Of a stretch of DNA of 64,000 bases, positions 14,091 through 26,951 are shown in pieces. The DNA comes from the human T2T-CHM13v2.0 reference genome, Homo sapiens, in the NCBI RefSeq assembly GCF_009914755.1, contig NC_060925.1; one strand, 5' to 3'. Made by a program: the position numbers and the translations under genes. The notes beneath the pieces are model-generated. The model searched no databases. It saw only the letters and a program-made list of their open reading frames with translations, and was not told the DNA's origin. Position 1 is the stretch's first letter, and each line of letters begins with the position of its first letter.

Positions 14091-14190
14091 CTGTTTGCAG
14101 GCTAGAAAAAAGAGAAGGTTGAGCCTCTGAACAAAGAACAAGGGCATTACACAGTTAAACCCTTTGAAGAGGAATTCATCATCTCAGGCA
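14091..14190 (-). mobile_element. Truncated 5' LTR (~100 bp) of the HERV-I-like provirus
   Basis: Matches 7431-7538 (ctgt.tgcaggctagaaa...cctttgaagaggaattcatcatctc.ggca). Confidence 0.9.
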
Positions 14191-14556
14191 AGCATGAACA
14201 AACCTTTGATCACCCAACCTTGATGAGCTGGAAGGGGTATCTGTTGAGTCTCCTCTTGGATTTCAAATCTCCCTGATTTTTTGGTTTGAGATCCATACTA
14301 TATTCAAATGACCTGACTTCATGCTCAAGGGGGATTAAAGTTCTACTTTAAACCTTTAAGGTAGGAATTTTGTTTGTTATTCTCTAGAGAATTGGCTTAC
14401 TGCAGAACTGTGATTTTTACTTTTCTTTGAGGTTAACGTTTTGTTGTTTTCACTTGTTGGAGTTCTCAAGCTTTTCTCTTGTTCAAAATTTGGTCAAAGA
14501 GAAAAGAGTTTCTCTTTGATAAGAGAAAGCAAAATTTTTGTAGCTTAAGGAACAAA

Positions 14557-15582
14557 ATATATATTTAGCTTAAATATATAGCTAAATTATAAATATATAT
14601 TTGCTTAGGCTATACATAGCTCATATATATAGCTGAATTATATATATATAGCTGAATTATATACATATATAATATATACAATATATATTATATATTTATA
14701 TATGATATATACAATATATATTACATATTATATATACAATATATAATATATAATATATAATATTATATATTATATATTGTATATAATATATATTATATAA
14801 CATTATGTAATATATATTATATATTATATATTGTATATAATATATATTATATAACATTATATAATATATACTATTATATATTATTATATATTATATAATA
14901 TATAATATATACTATTATATATTATTATATATTATATATAATAATTATATATATATATAATTATTAATATATATATAATATATATTAATATAATATTATA
15001 TAATATATATAATTATATAATATATAATATTATATAATATATATAATTAATATAATATTATATAATATATATAATAATATATAATAGTATATATTATATA
15101 TTATATAATATATAATAATATATAATAGTATATATTATATATATTGTATATATTATATATAATATATAATATATTATATATATTGTATATATTATATATA
15201 ATATATAATATATTATATATAAATATATAATATATATTATATAATATATATTATATAATATATATTATAATATATTATATATATTAATATATAATATATA
15301 ATATATATTATTATATATTATATATTTATATATAATAATATATTATATATAATAATATATATAATATATATTATATTTTATATATAAATATATAATATAT
15401 AATAATATATAATTTAATATATATAATATATACAATATATAATATATAATATATAATATATTAATATATATAATATATACAATATATAATATATAATATA
15501 TAATATTATAAATTATTATATATAATATATATTATATATAGCTGAATTATATATATATACATAGCTTATATATATATAGCTG

Positions 15583-15614
<32 letters not shown>
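14557..15614. repeat. ~1-kb TA-rich low-complexity expansion
   Basis: Almost pure A/T (tata, taata, ttata units), bracketed by atagctgaatt units. Confidence 0.97.
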
Positions 15615-15615
<1 letters not shown>

Positions 15616-16882
15616 ACAACTGCCCAGAATCTGAATCTTGGTTCAGTTGACAAATCTAAAACTATTCTTTTTGAGATGCCAAAATAATATATGGCTATTT
15701 ATGAGGCCCACTAGGATTTTGGCCATTCAGGAAAGAAAATCTAAATTATGGGCAATTGTGCCTCTAAAACCAAATTTTCTTGCTTAAGAAAAAAATCAAC
15801 CATTATAAACACCAGCTGGATTTATGTTAAAAACTTACAAAATCTCTAAATGCAAATATTTAGGAAACTGGTTATGTACAACTCATAACCTCAGATTACA
15901 ATGGCTAAAATGTGGTTCCTTTGAAATACCTACGTTAATTTATCTGTGTCCACAATTAGAAAAATCTTGTTTTAGAACAAGACAAATTGAATGGGAGGCT
16001 TACTTCCAGTATCACCTAGAAGCTTCTAAAAGAATTCTGAAAGAAAAACATTGCCTTCATTAAAGAAATAAACAAAAGGATATTTGGAGCTATTTATAAA
16101 TTTAAAAAGACTTTGAAAGCTTTCTGCCTTTGAAGCCCACATTGCAAAATTATTAAATATAACTGAGAAAATTATTACAGTGAAAGAGATCTGATCTAAC
16201 CAACTCCATCTCTCTTCTAACCTTCAACTTGTCCTTCCTTGTTCATTCCTGAGTATAGGTCAAACTAATTGGGGAAGGATCCTTTGAAACAAAGATTATA
16301 ATAGCTCTTTCCAAAAACAAACCTCCTTCCTGCTTGAGAACTAGACTGCCTTTGCAGGGCTAACAAATTAGCCACAAGTTTAGAAATTATGGATTAGCGG
16401 TCATGCAGCTGAAGGCCACAAGATTTTCTGACCCACCCAAATTGCTCCCGGGGATAACATCACTATTGTAAAACCTAAGATCAGTGCTTGAAATATTTTG
16501 CAGACCCTGTACTTGATAGATTAGCTAGCACCAACCAGATTAATAAACTGGCTCACCTAGTCTTGTGCCCCACCCCCGTGCCCCCCGACCCCCGGCCAGG
16601 AATTGCCTTAGTTCAGGAGGATGGCTTCCAGTCCCTATGATTTCAGTTCCAACCCAACAAATCATGACTCTTGACTTACTGGCTCCTACCCATCTAATTA
16701 TCTTTACAAGCTTTGATCCCCAAATTCTCAGGGAGACTGATTTTAGTAATAATAAAACTCTGGTCTCTCATAAAGCCAGCTGTGTGTGAATCAAACCCTT
16801 CTTCTATTGCAATTCTTCTGTCTTGATAAATCAGCTCTGTCTAGGCAGTGGGCAAGGAGAACCTACTGGATGGTTACAAATT

Positions 16883-16900
16883 TGGGTGCTCATCTGGGAT
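16883..16900 (+). promoter_or_regulatory. tRNA-Pro primer binding site
   Basis: tgggtgctcatctgggat versus canonical TGGGGGCTCGTCCGGGAT (15/18), directly after the LTR. Confidence 0.8.
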
Positions 16901-17491
16901 GACCCTTGTGGCCAGCTGCCTGTGGTTCAGTAGCCCTCTTCTGGTGATGGATCCAGAAGACAGGCCAAGTGGCCGCCTAGTTCTCTTGGAGTAGGGGCTG
17001 TCTCTGGCATCTTCTCTACCAGTGGGCTACTGTGGTGCCAATGTGCATGGATTCAATTTCAATGAAAAAATACTCTTGGGGAGAGTCCCATAACTATAGC
17101 CCCATCACCAGGTGTCTGTCTGTAGCCCCGTCATGGGATGTCTCTCTGTCGCCCCGTGACTGGATGTCTGTTCTAATTGGATGGAGAATAGAGGACTTAT
17201 TTGAAGGAACACTCTTAGTTTGTGATTTGTCTGGAATCTCTGTCTGGAAAGTATTCTTCTTGTCTTTTTCACTGTGTGTGTTTGTGTATGTAGAGGAAAT
17301 CTCTGAAGAAATCGTGGATGGAAATCCTGGCCAGTTACATTCACTGAACCTTGAAACAATTGTTACAAGAAACTCAACACGCCTGACTCAGGGTTACTGT
17401 TCATTCTTCTGGAAGCTGCAGAGAAAGGGAACCTGGAAACCTGGTATGCCATCAAAAAGCATAAACATTTCTTACCAGCCAGGTCTCTGGC

Positions 17492-17494
<3 letters not shown>

Positions 17495-17543
<49 letters not shown>
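17495..17543. repeat. (TG)n microsatellite
   Basis: Uninterrupted TG run. Confidence 0.98.
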
Positions 17544-17544
<1 letters not shown>

Positions 17545-18013
17545 ATGGTAAACATCACAGTTTGCCTCCTCTGCAAAGGTTTGGTTAATAGAAGAAGGGA
17601 TTTGTGAGACTGGTCTTAGGTTGTAGAAAATCTTGTGTGCTTTGTTCTATAAATTTGTCTTTCTGTATTGTTCTGTAATAGAGAGATTGGTATCACAGGA
17701 TAGAATATGGGCTTAGGATCCCTATACACACCTTTTCAAGACAGCCCAGAAGTCTGGGCAGTTATAAAGTTTGATGAGGTTCTCTGAAACCAATACCAGA
17801 ATAAGTTTCTCTCTTGTCTTGTTTTATGTCCTTGAGAGCTTAATCTTGTGATAATGTAGGGAATATTTTCTTTTAATCTCTGCCATCCAGAGGACAGGAA
17901 TTTTGGAGGTCATGTCATAGGTAGTCCTAAAAATTATCTTGAGCTGTTAAAAGTATTTGCAAGCTCAAAAATGACTGCCTTAGACTCCTGGGGAGAGCAG
18001 CAGTAAACAACCC

Positions 18014-18086
18014 CGTGTTTTAGCTCAGTAGCTAAAGCTCTGCACCTTCACAATAGTGGCTTGGGTTCAATTCCCAGCTTATGAAA
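18014..18086 (+). pseudogene. Degenerate tRNA-Glu-like sequence inside the LTR8 element interior
   Basis: tagctcagtagcta (A-box-like)...cttcac...ggttcaattccc (B-box-like), colinear with tRNA-Glu. Confidence 0.55.
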
Positions 18087-19999
18087 CAAATACTTTTTGG
18101 TTTATTATTTGTGTAACTTTTGCCAATTATTGATTCTTTTTACCCCATGGACAGCTTCTGATTTGTCTTGAATTTTCTTTCTCTGAACTACCTATGGGGA
18201 GATTTTAAATCTTGTAAAAAAAAAAAAAAGAAAGAAAAAGAAAAAAGAAAAATGAGTATGTGTGTGTGAGAGAAACTGCTTACCATCTCTTTGAGAAAAC
18301 TTATACATCCATGGTTAAGTTATTATTTTGTGCAAATAATCAGGCCAAGCATAATAATACTAAAACTTATTTTGCAAGTAAATTCATCCCACTATGATTT
18401 GTCTTTAATAAAAATGGGGACTGGAGAGAGAAAAATTATGTTGCAAAAAAATTATAGTACACCTGTTTTTAGTTGTTCTTCTGTTTTTATTATTTTCTGC
18501 AATTTTGACTAAATCCTAAATTCTTTGTGGGCATTTGTGTCCCCAAACTAATGCTTTCAAATTTTTACTTTTAAAACTGGGAATTTTTAAATCCTTATCC
18601 TAGGCCTCATTATTTTACTTATAGTATGCTGTTTGTGTAAATTCTGTACTAAAACTATAGATGAGAATACTAACGTGTTTGTCATGAAAGTCTTACAATC
18701 CCAGCCCAACTAGCATGAGTATAATCAGAGAGCTAGCTGCAAAGAATTTCTGCTCTTCTCACCTTGGGATCAACTTCTATTTCCACTCTGCCCCCTTTCA
18801 GCAGGAAGAAACCAGAATGATCATCAGCCTTTTCCCATCTTCATAGTCCACACCTTAAGAATGAGGTGTTATAAAACCCAAAGAGAGGGATTGAAACTGC
18901 CATTGAAAAATTATAACTGAGAAAATTATTACAGTGAAAGACATCTGACCTAACCAACTCCATCTTGTTTCTAACCTCCAAGAAGTCCTTGTTCATCCTG
19001 TGCATAGGCTGAATTAAATTTGGGAGGAACAGAGTTTATAGTTTAACTTTGAAATAAAAATAATAACGGCCCTTTCCAAAAACATATCCCCCTCCTGCTT
19101 GGAAACTAGACTGCCTTTGTAGGACTTACAATTCAGCCACAATATTAAAAATTATGGCTTAGCAGTCATGTAGCTGGAGGCTACAAATTGCTCATGGGAA
19201 GAACATCACTGTTGTAAAACCTAAGAAATATTTTGCAGACTCTACACCTTATGCATTAGCTGGCACCACCCATGAGGGTAAACTGGCTCATCTGGTTTTG
19301 CGGCTGCCACCCAGGCTCAAATCACTAAGGTTTCATTGTCAACCCAACCAGTCAGCACTCTGGACTCACTGGCTCCTACCCACCAAATTATCTTTACAAA
19401 CCTCAATCCCTAAACTATCAGGGAGACTTATTTGAGTAATAATAAAACCCTGTCTCCCATATAGCCAGCTGTGCATGAATTAAACTCCTTCTCTACCTCA
19501 ATTTCCCTGTCTTGATAAATTAGCTCTGTGTAGGCAGTGGGCAAGGAGAACCCATTGGGCAGATACACTTTTTGCCTGCAACTGTCCCCTTTTCTACTTG
19601 TTCCTTGGCTTCCACACATCTCTTAGGCAGAGATTTTTGACATTTCACAATACACATATTTCCTTCTCTCAAAAGGAGGAAAATATATTTAAATTTGGAA
19701 GAGAGGGAACACATGGAACAACTACAGAATTAAACTGCTGAGATTATAAATATATAGTTTCAACAATTATTAAACAAACACTAATATAAATAACAATGAT
19801 TTATTGACCTAATATCAGACAATACGCTTTAAATTCGCCCTGCAGTTCCTTGGAGATACACATCTTGTTTTTGAAATGTGAACATCCAGGAAATTAGCTA
19901 AGTAGCATTCCAGCTGAGATCAGATCTGAAACAAGTTAAAATCCTTTAAATGCTCAAACTGCCTACTTGAGATACCCTGCAGAATTTCCAAAAATCCTC

Positions 20000-20070
20000 C
20001 ACACGGTGGTCTAGTTGCTAAGATTCTGTGCTTTCATGGCTATATCCAGGTTCAATTCATGGTTTGAAAT
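20000..20070 (+). pseudogene. tRNA-Glu(TTC)-derived sequence inside the MER4-group interior
   Basis: ggtggtctagttgctaagattctgtgctttcatggctatatccaggttcaattcatggt aligns to recalled tRNA-Glu GGTGGTCTAGTGGCTAGGATTCGGCGCTTTCACCGCCGCGGCCCGGGTTCGATTCCCGGT, about 44/60 by eye, with many CpG transitions. TTC at 20033-20035. Confidence 0.75.
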
Positions 20071-20860
20071 ACAGTCTCATTTGTTTTAAATTATTTACTC
20101 GACCATTTGGAGTAAATATTTGTTATTGATCCCTTTCCCTTCCATAAACAGTTTTTGATTTCCTATTTTTTTTCACCTGTGGGGCATACAGGGCTTTTGG
20201 GCTTCATGTATAGGCACTCAGATAGGAAGCTGAGATCCTAGAAAACATCGCCAGATGAAAACGTGAGTTGTACTCCATTTACGACTAGCAAAATTATTTT
20301 TAGCCTGCTTTTGTGGTGGTTCTGCATCTTGTGAGGACTGTGTTACACCACTTTGGAGATGCCTCATGCATCCCTGGTTAAGTCATAACCTTGGCTAAGG
20401 CTTATTGATTTTGGTGAGTCACTTCAAAAGGTACATTTTGTTTAAAAAAAAAAAAAGGTGGAAGGCAGGAATATAAGCTGTTTTTCCAGCAAAAATCTGA
20501 CAATAAAATATTTGAAATGATTTTTTTAAGAACTCCATGGTCAAAGGTCAGCTTAATTAAAAGCTGATATTCAAGCTGCTTCTTCCTCTTTTCTGTCTAC
20601 AGTAACACATGAAGAAATTTAGAGATTTCTAAAGACTCAGACCACTTAACACACAAAAATGTACCACTCACCCTCTTTTTGAGGTCTTCTGTTTTCCTGT
20701 GGAATCTAAAGAGCCATGGACAGGTTCTTCTCAGGTCTAATACTCTGTTCCCTTTTGCATTATGTTACTTGATCTCTTTGGCTTTTGGGGTGCCAGGGAT
20801 TAGTCTGAGAGAAAACCACCTATATGTGTTCGATGACTGGTGTGTAACTGGCAAAGGCTG

Positions 20861-21558
20861 TGAAACCACCTTTGCAAAATTATAACTGAGGAAATTGTGA
20901 CAGTGAAATATATCAGACCTACCCAAGTCTATCTTGCTTCTAACCTCTAAACTGTCCTTGTCCATTCCTGGGCATAGGCTGAACTAGCCTTGGGACGGAA
21001 TTTAGCTTACAGTTTAAATAATAGCCCTTCCCAAAAGCTAAACTGTTCTCCTAAAATGAATGAAAGGCCACCAGCCACCAAGTTAGGATGAGAGGGGCTG
21101 GAATTCTAAATCTTACCAGCCATTATTCTGGAGGTTATAAGAATTGCAACTTTCCCAATCACTTTTGAAGATAACAATACTATTGTGGACCTAAGATTGG
21201 CCTTTTGAGATGTCTTTTCAAGTTTTTGCATTTCTGAAAACTGGATGACCCCACCTGGACCTGCCAACCGGTTCTGTTGGCCCCACCCTAGAAATGACCA
21301 AGCGTAAGAGGAGAGCTTCAACTGCCTATGATTTCATCACGAGCCAACCAATCAGCACTCCTGACTCATTGGCCCCCTACCCACCAAATTATCCCTAAAA
21401 AGTCTGATCCTCGAATTGACCGATTTGAGTAATAATAAAATTCCAGTCTCCCACACAGTCAGCTCTGTGTGAGTTACTCTTTCTCCGTTGCAGTTCCCCT
21501 GTCTTAATAAATTAGTTCTGTCTAGGAAGTGGGCAAGGTGAACCTACGGAGAGTTACA
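20861..21558 (+). mobile_element. Solo LTR8
   Basis: tgaaaccacctttgcaaaatt...gagttaca with perfect TSD GCTG (20857-20860 / 21559-21562). Confidence 0.92.
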
Positions 21559-22235
21559 GCTGCAGTTTTAGAGTTGACTGACAGAGATTGCAATGAATGG
21601 TTGTTACTTCAAGGGGCTACTCATTTCTTTGCACATTTAGATATAAAGGCAGGTTTGAATACTTGAAGGCCGTGAGATTGTTACCACCAAGGATAAGACT
21701 CCTCTTGGCAACAGGTTAATTGCAGAGTAGGCTGATTCGCATGGGCGGCCAACCAGCCTTGGAGAAATATCTTCGTAGTGAGGTATACTGTGAAAGCTTG
21801 TGTGGCCCAGTCTCATGGTGTTTCCCTATTGGGGGGACCTGGGATTCATTGTAAAAGTGAGATCCTTGATTTTTAAAGATCTAGTTGTACTGTCTTTCAG
21901 TTGTGCCTGGTTTTCTTATATTTAAACACTAGGCTCTGGAAACCGCAAAAACGTTCTTTGCCTTATTCATAATGGCTCTACCCTGAAGTCAGTAATCTAA
22001 TCAATAAACAAGCTAAGTGGAAAAAACCACCTATTAAGCTAGATTGGTCTCCAATAATATGACATTCTGGCATTTACAAGGCTATCTTGTAAAAGAAACT
22101 TACATCTATAAAGAAAATCTCCATTTTTAAGGATATCTTCCTGCAACTAAGCATCTAGAAACTTTTACAATAGAGAAGACATTAGCTTAAAGTTTACATA
22201 AAAATCCTTACCTTCTCTTCCTGAAAATCATGGCG

Positions 22236-22516
22236 TTTTTGTTTTTTTAGAGATAGAATGTCACTTTCCCTTAGGTTGGAGTGCAGTATTGCAGTCATAG
22301 GTCACTGCAGCCTTGTCTTGGGCTCAGGGGATTCTCCCACCTGAGCCTCCCAAACAACTAAAACACAGGTGTGTGCCACCACAGTTAGCTAATTTAAAAA
22401 GGTTTTTTAACAGATGGGGTCTTACTATGTTGTTTAGGTTGGTCTCAAACTCCAGGGCTCAAGAAAGCTTCCAGCATAGCTCAGGTTACAAGAGTGAGCC
22501 ACCAATCCCAGCTGGC
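22236..22516 (-). mobile_element. Diverged AluJ-like
   Basis: Recognisable but heavily mutated Alu dimer on the reverse strand. Confidence 0.85.
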
Positions 22517-22679
22517 AACCTTGTGTTAACTGAGCTTTACTTACCCCCCTTTTTTTTTGTCTCAGTAAATAATGAAATTTAGATCCAAATTCTATGCCTT
22601 TGAGATGTAAATTTTATCCTAAGAGTCATCCCTTTAGAAGTGCAAATTTAGAGTTGTCTAGCTAACAATTTTCTTAAAA

Positions 22680-22816
22680 TTATATTTATTTTTTGTAGAG
22701 ACTAGGTCTTGTTATATTGCTCAGGCTGGTCTCAAACTCCTGGGCATAAGTGATCCTCCCACCTCAGTCTGCTAAAGTGCTTGGATTATGGGCATGAGCC
22801 ACTGCACCTAGCTGGC
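22680..22816 (-). mobile_element. FLAM/Alu left monomer
   Basis: tttgtagagactaggtct...gagccactgcacctagc, single monomer. Confidence 0.88.
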
Positions 22817-23526
22817 TTAGAATTGTTTAGAATTTGGTAAAGAGAGAAAGAGCAACTATTTGAAGATTGGCAAATGAAGAACCTTATAAATCCACAAAAA
22901 TCTCCTTCTGTCTATGCATCTGTATGTTTAGATATGTAACGTATATGTGATATTTCATTGCCAGAATATATCAAAGCATTTTAATTAATTGGCTTACATT
23001 AAAAGGAAGCACTTAAATACTTTATCAGAAGAGTAGAAAGTAACTCAAATGCCTTTGAGCTAGTGACTTAGATAAATCTTTGGTAAATAAGACTAGTGGA
23101 TATTGTCAGTTTAATGAAGATAGCTGTGTCCTCAGAGTAGCAAAATACTCATGTATTTAACTTTAGGGTTCTTGTTTAGGTGGCTCCTTTCTAACATTTA
23201 CATGCTGCAAAAACAGCCCAGAAATAATTAAAGATAATGGCTAGCTTTATTCAATGTCTCATAAAATTGTAATGAGTAGTTTATATGGTTGTTAAAAATA
23301 AGTAAATCAGGCACAAATACATGTAAACAAACTCTTCATAGTTTCAGAAATCTTTTTGGTAATTTGAAACCTTAAAGTGAAATTACATAATGGATACTTA
23401 TTGAATGTCGAGGTCATTTATAAATAAAACTATTAAAACAAACTATAATAACTATAATACATAACTTTATAATATAAAACATTAAACATACTTTAAAGTT
23501 TATATACATCTTTTTTTATGTGGTAT

Positions 23527-23848
23527 TGTTGGGGTACAGAAAATTATTTCCCAAAATATGGTGCTTAAGCATGCAGAGTGCTTTAGAAAATTAAAAGGCC
23601 TCAGAAATAAGCCTCAGACTCAAGGTCCCCTTAACCTTGACTTATTCATCTCTGCCCCAAGTACAGGGGATAATTCCTTATAGAATTTTCTAATTTAACC
23701 AGGAAAGCTTCTTTCTAAAAGCTACATGATTTCCTCTCCCTGAAATGTCATGATCTATTTAGGAAAGAATACTGAGGAACGCAAGCACACCTGGATGTAC
23801 TTTTACATAAGATAATGCCTGTCTCCTGTACTCATTTAAATCTTAGAG
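23527..23848 (+). mobile_element. 5' part of an ERV1/MER4-group LTR
   Basis: Begins tgttggggtacagaaaattatttcccaaaatatgg, a typical LTR start. No 3' half found. Confidence 0.6.
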
Positions 23849-23850
23849 AC

Positions 23851-24133
23851 GGAATGGGCATGGTGGCTCAAAACTGTTATCTCAGCATTTTGGGAGGCCC
23901 AGGTGGAAGGATTGGTTGAGGCCCTGAAGTTCACAACCAGCAAGGACAACAAAGCAAAACTCAATCTCTACCAAAAGAATTAAAAATTAGCCATGCATGG
24001 TGTTGTGTGCCTATAGTTCCAGCTACTCAGGAAGCTGAGCGGGGATAGATTGCTTGAGCCTAGGCGTTCGAGGCTGCAATGAGCTATGATTGTGTTATTG
24101 TACTCCAGCCTGGGTGAGAGAGTGAGATCCTGT
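23851..24133 (+). mobile_element. AluJ-like lacking its A tail
   Basis: Alu dimer ends at agtgagatcctgt with no polyA. Confidence 0.9.
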
Positions 24134-24250
24134 GAGACAAATGGTTGCAATCTTTTGAGTTTCAGATTAGCCTTTCCAAAGGAGGCAATCAGATATGAAT
24201 GTATCTCATTGAATAGAGGGATGACTTGACTTCTCCCTTTAGCTTAGTGG
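24134..24250 (-). mobile_element. MER4 LTR fragment
   Basis: gagacaaatggttgc...gattagcctttccaaaggaggcaatcagatatg resembles the MER4 LTR in reverse. Confidence 0.6.
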
Positions 24251-26628
24251 AGAATGACCCCCTTGTTAGCACTCAGTAGGTTTTATGGCACCTCTACTTG
24301 CCAGAGTTTATGTAAAATTGAAGTAATATGGTCTTTGTGCACATTTACATAAAAAAAGCCCTAAGGTCCACATGCAAACTATAGAGTTCCTAAGTTCTCT
24401 TTTTCTCTATTTTCCTTTCTATGTGGTTTAAATCTGCTGTTATTTTTCTATTAATGTAAAACTCACTGTTTGGATCCAACAAGTTTTTTTTTGTTTGCAA
24501 GCTGGTGAATTTGTATTTATCTCATGGCCAAAGTTGTGACATAAAAGCTATAAGATCTTTGTGTGTGTGTTTATGTGTGTGTATATATATAGATATTTTA
24601 AAGGCCTTTATAATTTCTATAATTTATATTTAATTTGGCAATTAAATCCCTTTTAATTTTGCTCTAGCACACTAGACTTTTTCTCTTCATACTTTATGAG
24701 GTAAATTTTGCTATTTGATTTTCACCTGAGTTGTTTCTTTTAATAGCAAAATTAAGGCTATTTAGTTGACAACTGCCTAGGGTTATCAAGAATTGATACA
24801 GGTTACCTATTGAAACAGGTTATCCAGAAATTGAAAGTTGTAGATGGGAAAAAAAGTTTTTTGTGAATTTATAAGATGTACTTCTATCAGCATACCTAAT
24901 ACATCTACATATTTATGTGTTGTATACACAGTGTTGCATTACTGAAAATATATAGAAGAGCTCTCATTAATTGGCTTAAGAAAATGAAAGTGCTTAAATC
25001 AAATATTTTATCAGAAAAAGAGACTAGTCAAATGCTTTTTCAAGTTCATGTAACTTAAGTAAAATCTTTAATAAATAAGCTAGCTTTAAAATTATTGGTA
25101 AAGTATAATAATATTAGAAATGTCTTAAGAATTGCCAGCATACATTTTTATTTGCATTTATAAATCAAGCAATTTTATACTTATCTATGCCAAATACTAT
25201 AAGTTGTCAAAAGTTGGCATAGGGGTTACAAAACTGTAAACCCAGCACCAAACAGTGATCTTTGCTTGTGTAATTTTTAATAAATAAGACATTGATATTG
25301 GCGTAATGAAAAAAGCTACATCTTGAATTATTTAGTAAAATTACTATAACTTCTAATCTTGTGGCTTTAGGTAGTACAGTCCATAGGCAATAAGGAGGTT
25401 TGTTTGGGAAAGGCTGTTATCGTCTTTGTTTCAAAGATAAAATATAAACTAAGTTCCTTCCAAAGTCCAGGAATGAACAAGAACAGCTTGGAGGTTAGAA
25501 GCAAGAAGGATTTAGTTAGGTCATGTCTTTTTCACTGTCTCTGAATTTTGCAATGGCAAGTTTTATAACTTTCAATGATGACTATCACAGTTTCCATAAA
25601 TAATCTAGGTAAACAAGTAAAGTGAAGTAATTCAGTAAATGTAACGCGATAGATAAATACTTGTAGACAAACTTGTCATAATTTAAAATATAAAACTATA
25701 TTAAATTCAATCATAGATATGTTATTATTTGGGTATTTTCAAATAAAATATTATAGGAAAACATTATTTCTAAAAAAAGTCTTTTTAAAAAGGTGAACAA
25801 TTTTTGTCTAATTTAAAGCTTATTTCTGGGTCATTTTACCTTGTTTTATACAGGTCTCTGATAACTTTAGAGATCATACCATTGGCCTAAGACTTCCAGA
25901 ACTCTATTATAAAACTGAAGTGTTCATGAAGATTGCCAACCCGACATCAAACAGTACAAGAATTGATTACCTGAGACTGAGCTGATAGAGGACTAAAGTG
26001 ATTTCATAATTTTTTTGTTTGGAACATTGTTGATTCTTATTATTTCCAGAGTCAAACAAGTTTTTCGTTTTGAGTTACTTATAGCTTACAGTAATTGAGT
26101 AAAGTATACTTTTGTGAGCAAAATTGAAATATTTACCTTTCTCTCTACCTGAGTTATGCAGAATTTGAAAACTATTTATAAGTATTCTTAATTTATGGGA
26201 ATATAGTTATTTGCAAAAGTTCATTAAAAAATCTGTTTTCATTTGTAAATAGAACTAAATTAGATACGCTGGTTATTTTACCAATGCTTTGGCTGAAGTG
26301 GCATATTTTCAGATATAACAAGACTGCTTTAAGTAGTTGAGTTTGACTTTTAGAGCCAATAAAATACTCCTTGAAAAGACTGGCCTGGTGCCTTTTCTAC
26401 AAAGTTCCCTTACAACATTCCTGACCTTGTTGTAGTAAAGAATGTCACTTTTTGAGAGGACCAACTATTTCAAGGTATTTTAAGTCCTCAAGAGAAAAGG
26501 AATTTACCCAATTTGTACAGCTATTACAGCCATATTCTGATGACGAATTCTTGGTTTTGTTTCCTAGTCTCAAGCAGCTTTAAAAGTCTTATCTAAGATT
26601 ACTTGTAAAAAATTTTTAGCAAAGTAGG

Positions 26629-26951
<323 letters not shown>

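Larger units (their letters stand above)
7031..14190 (-). mobile_element. HERV-I/HERVIP10-like provirus (LTR10-like LTRs), defective
   Basis: Perfect 5-bp TSD AGCAT at 7026-7030 and 14191-14195. gag-pro-pol-env order on the minus strand, LTR sequence at both ends. Confidence 0.9.
16131..19567 (+). mobile_element. Two-LTR LTR8-type (HUERS-P1/MER4-group) element with a ~2-kb non-coding interior
   Basis: LTRs at 16131-16878 and 18892-19567. PBS tgggtgctcatctgggat, PPT aaagagaggga, imperfect TSD cctt/cttt. Confidence 0.88.

Noticed and set aside
17032-17607. 191-aa ORF with CV repeats
   Set aside because: Chance GTG-started frame through an ERV leader and a (TG)n run; no recognisable domain.
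20000-20070. Functional tRNA gene
   Set aside because: The acceptor stem does not pair and the stems are CpG-decayed, so it is reported only as a relic.
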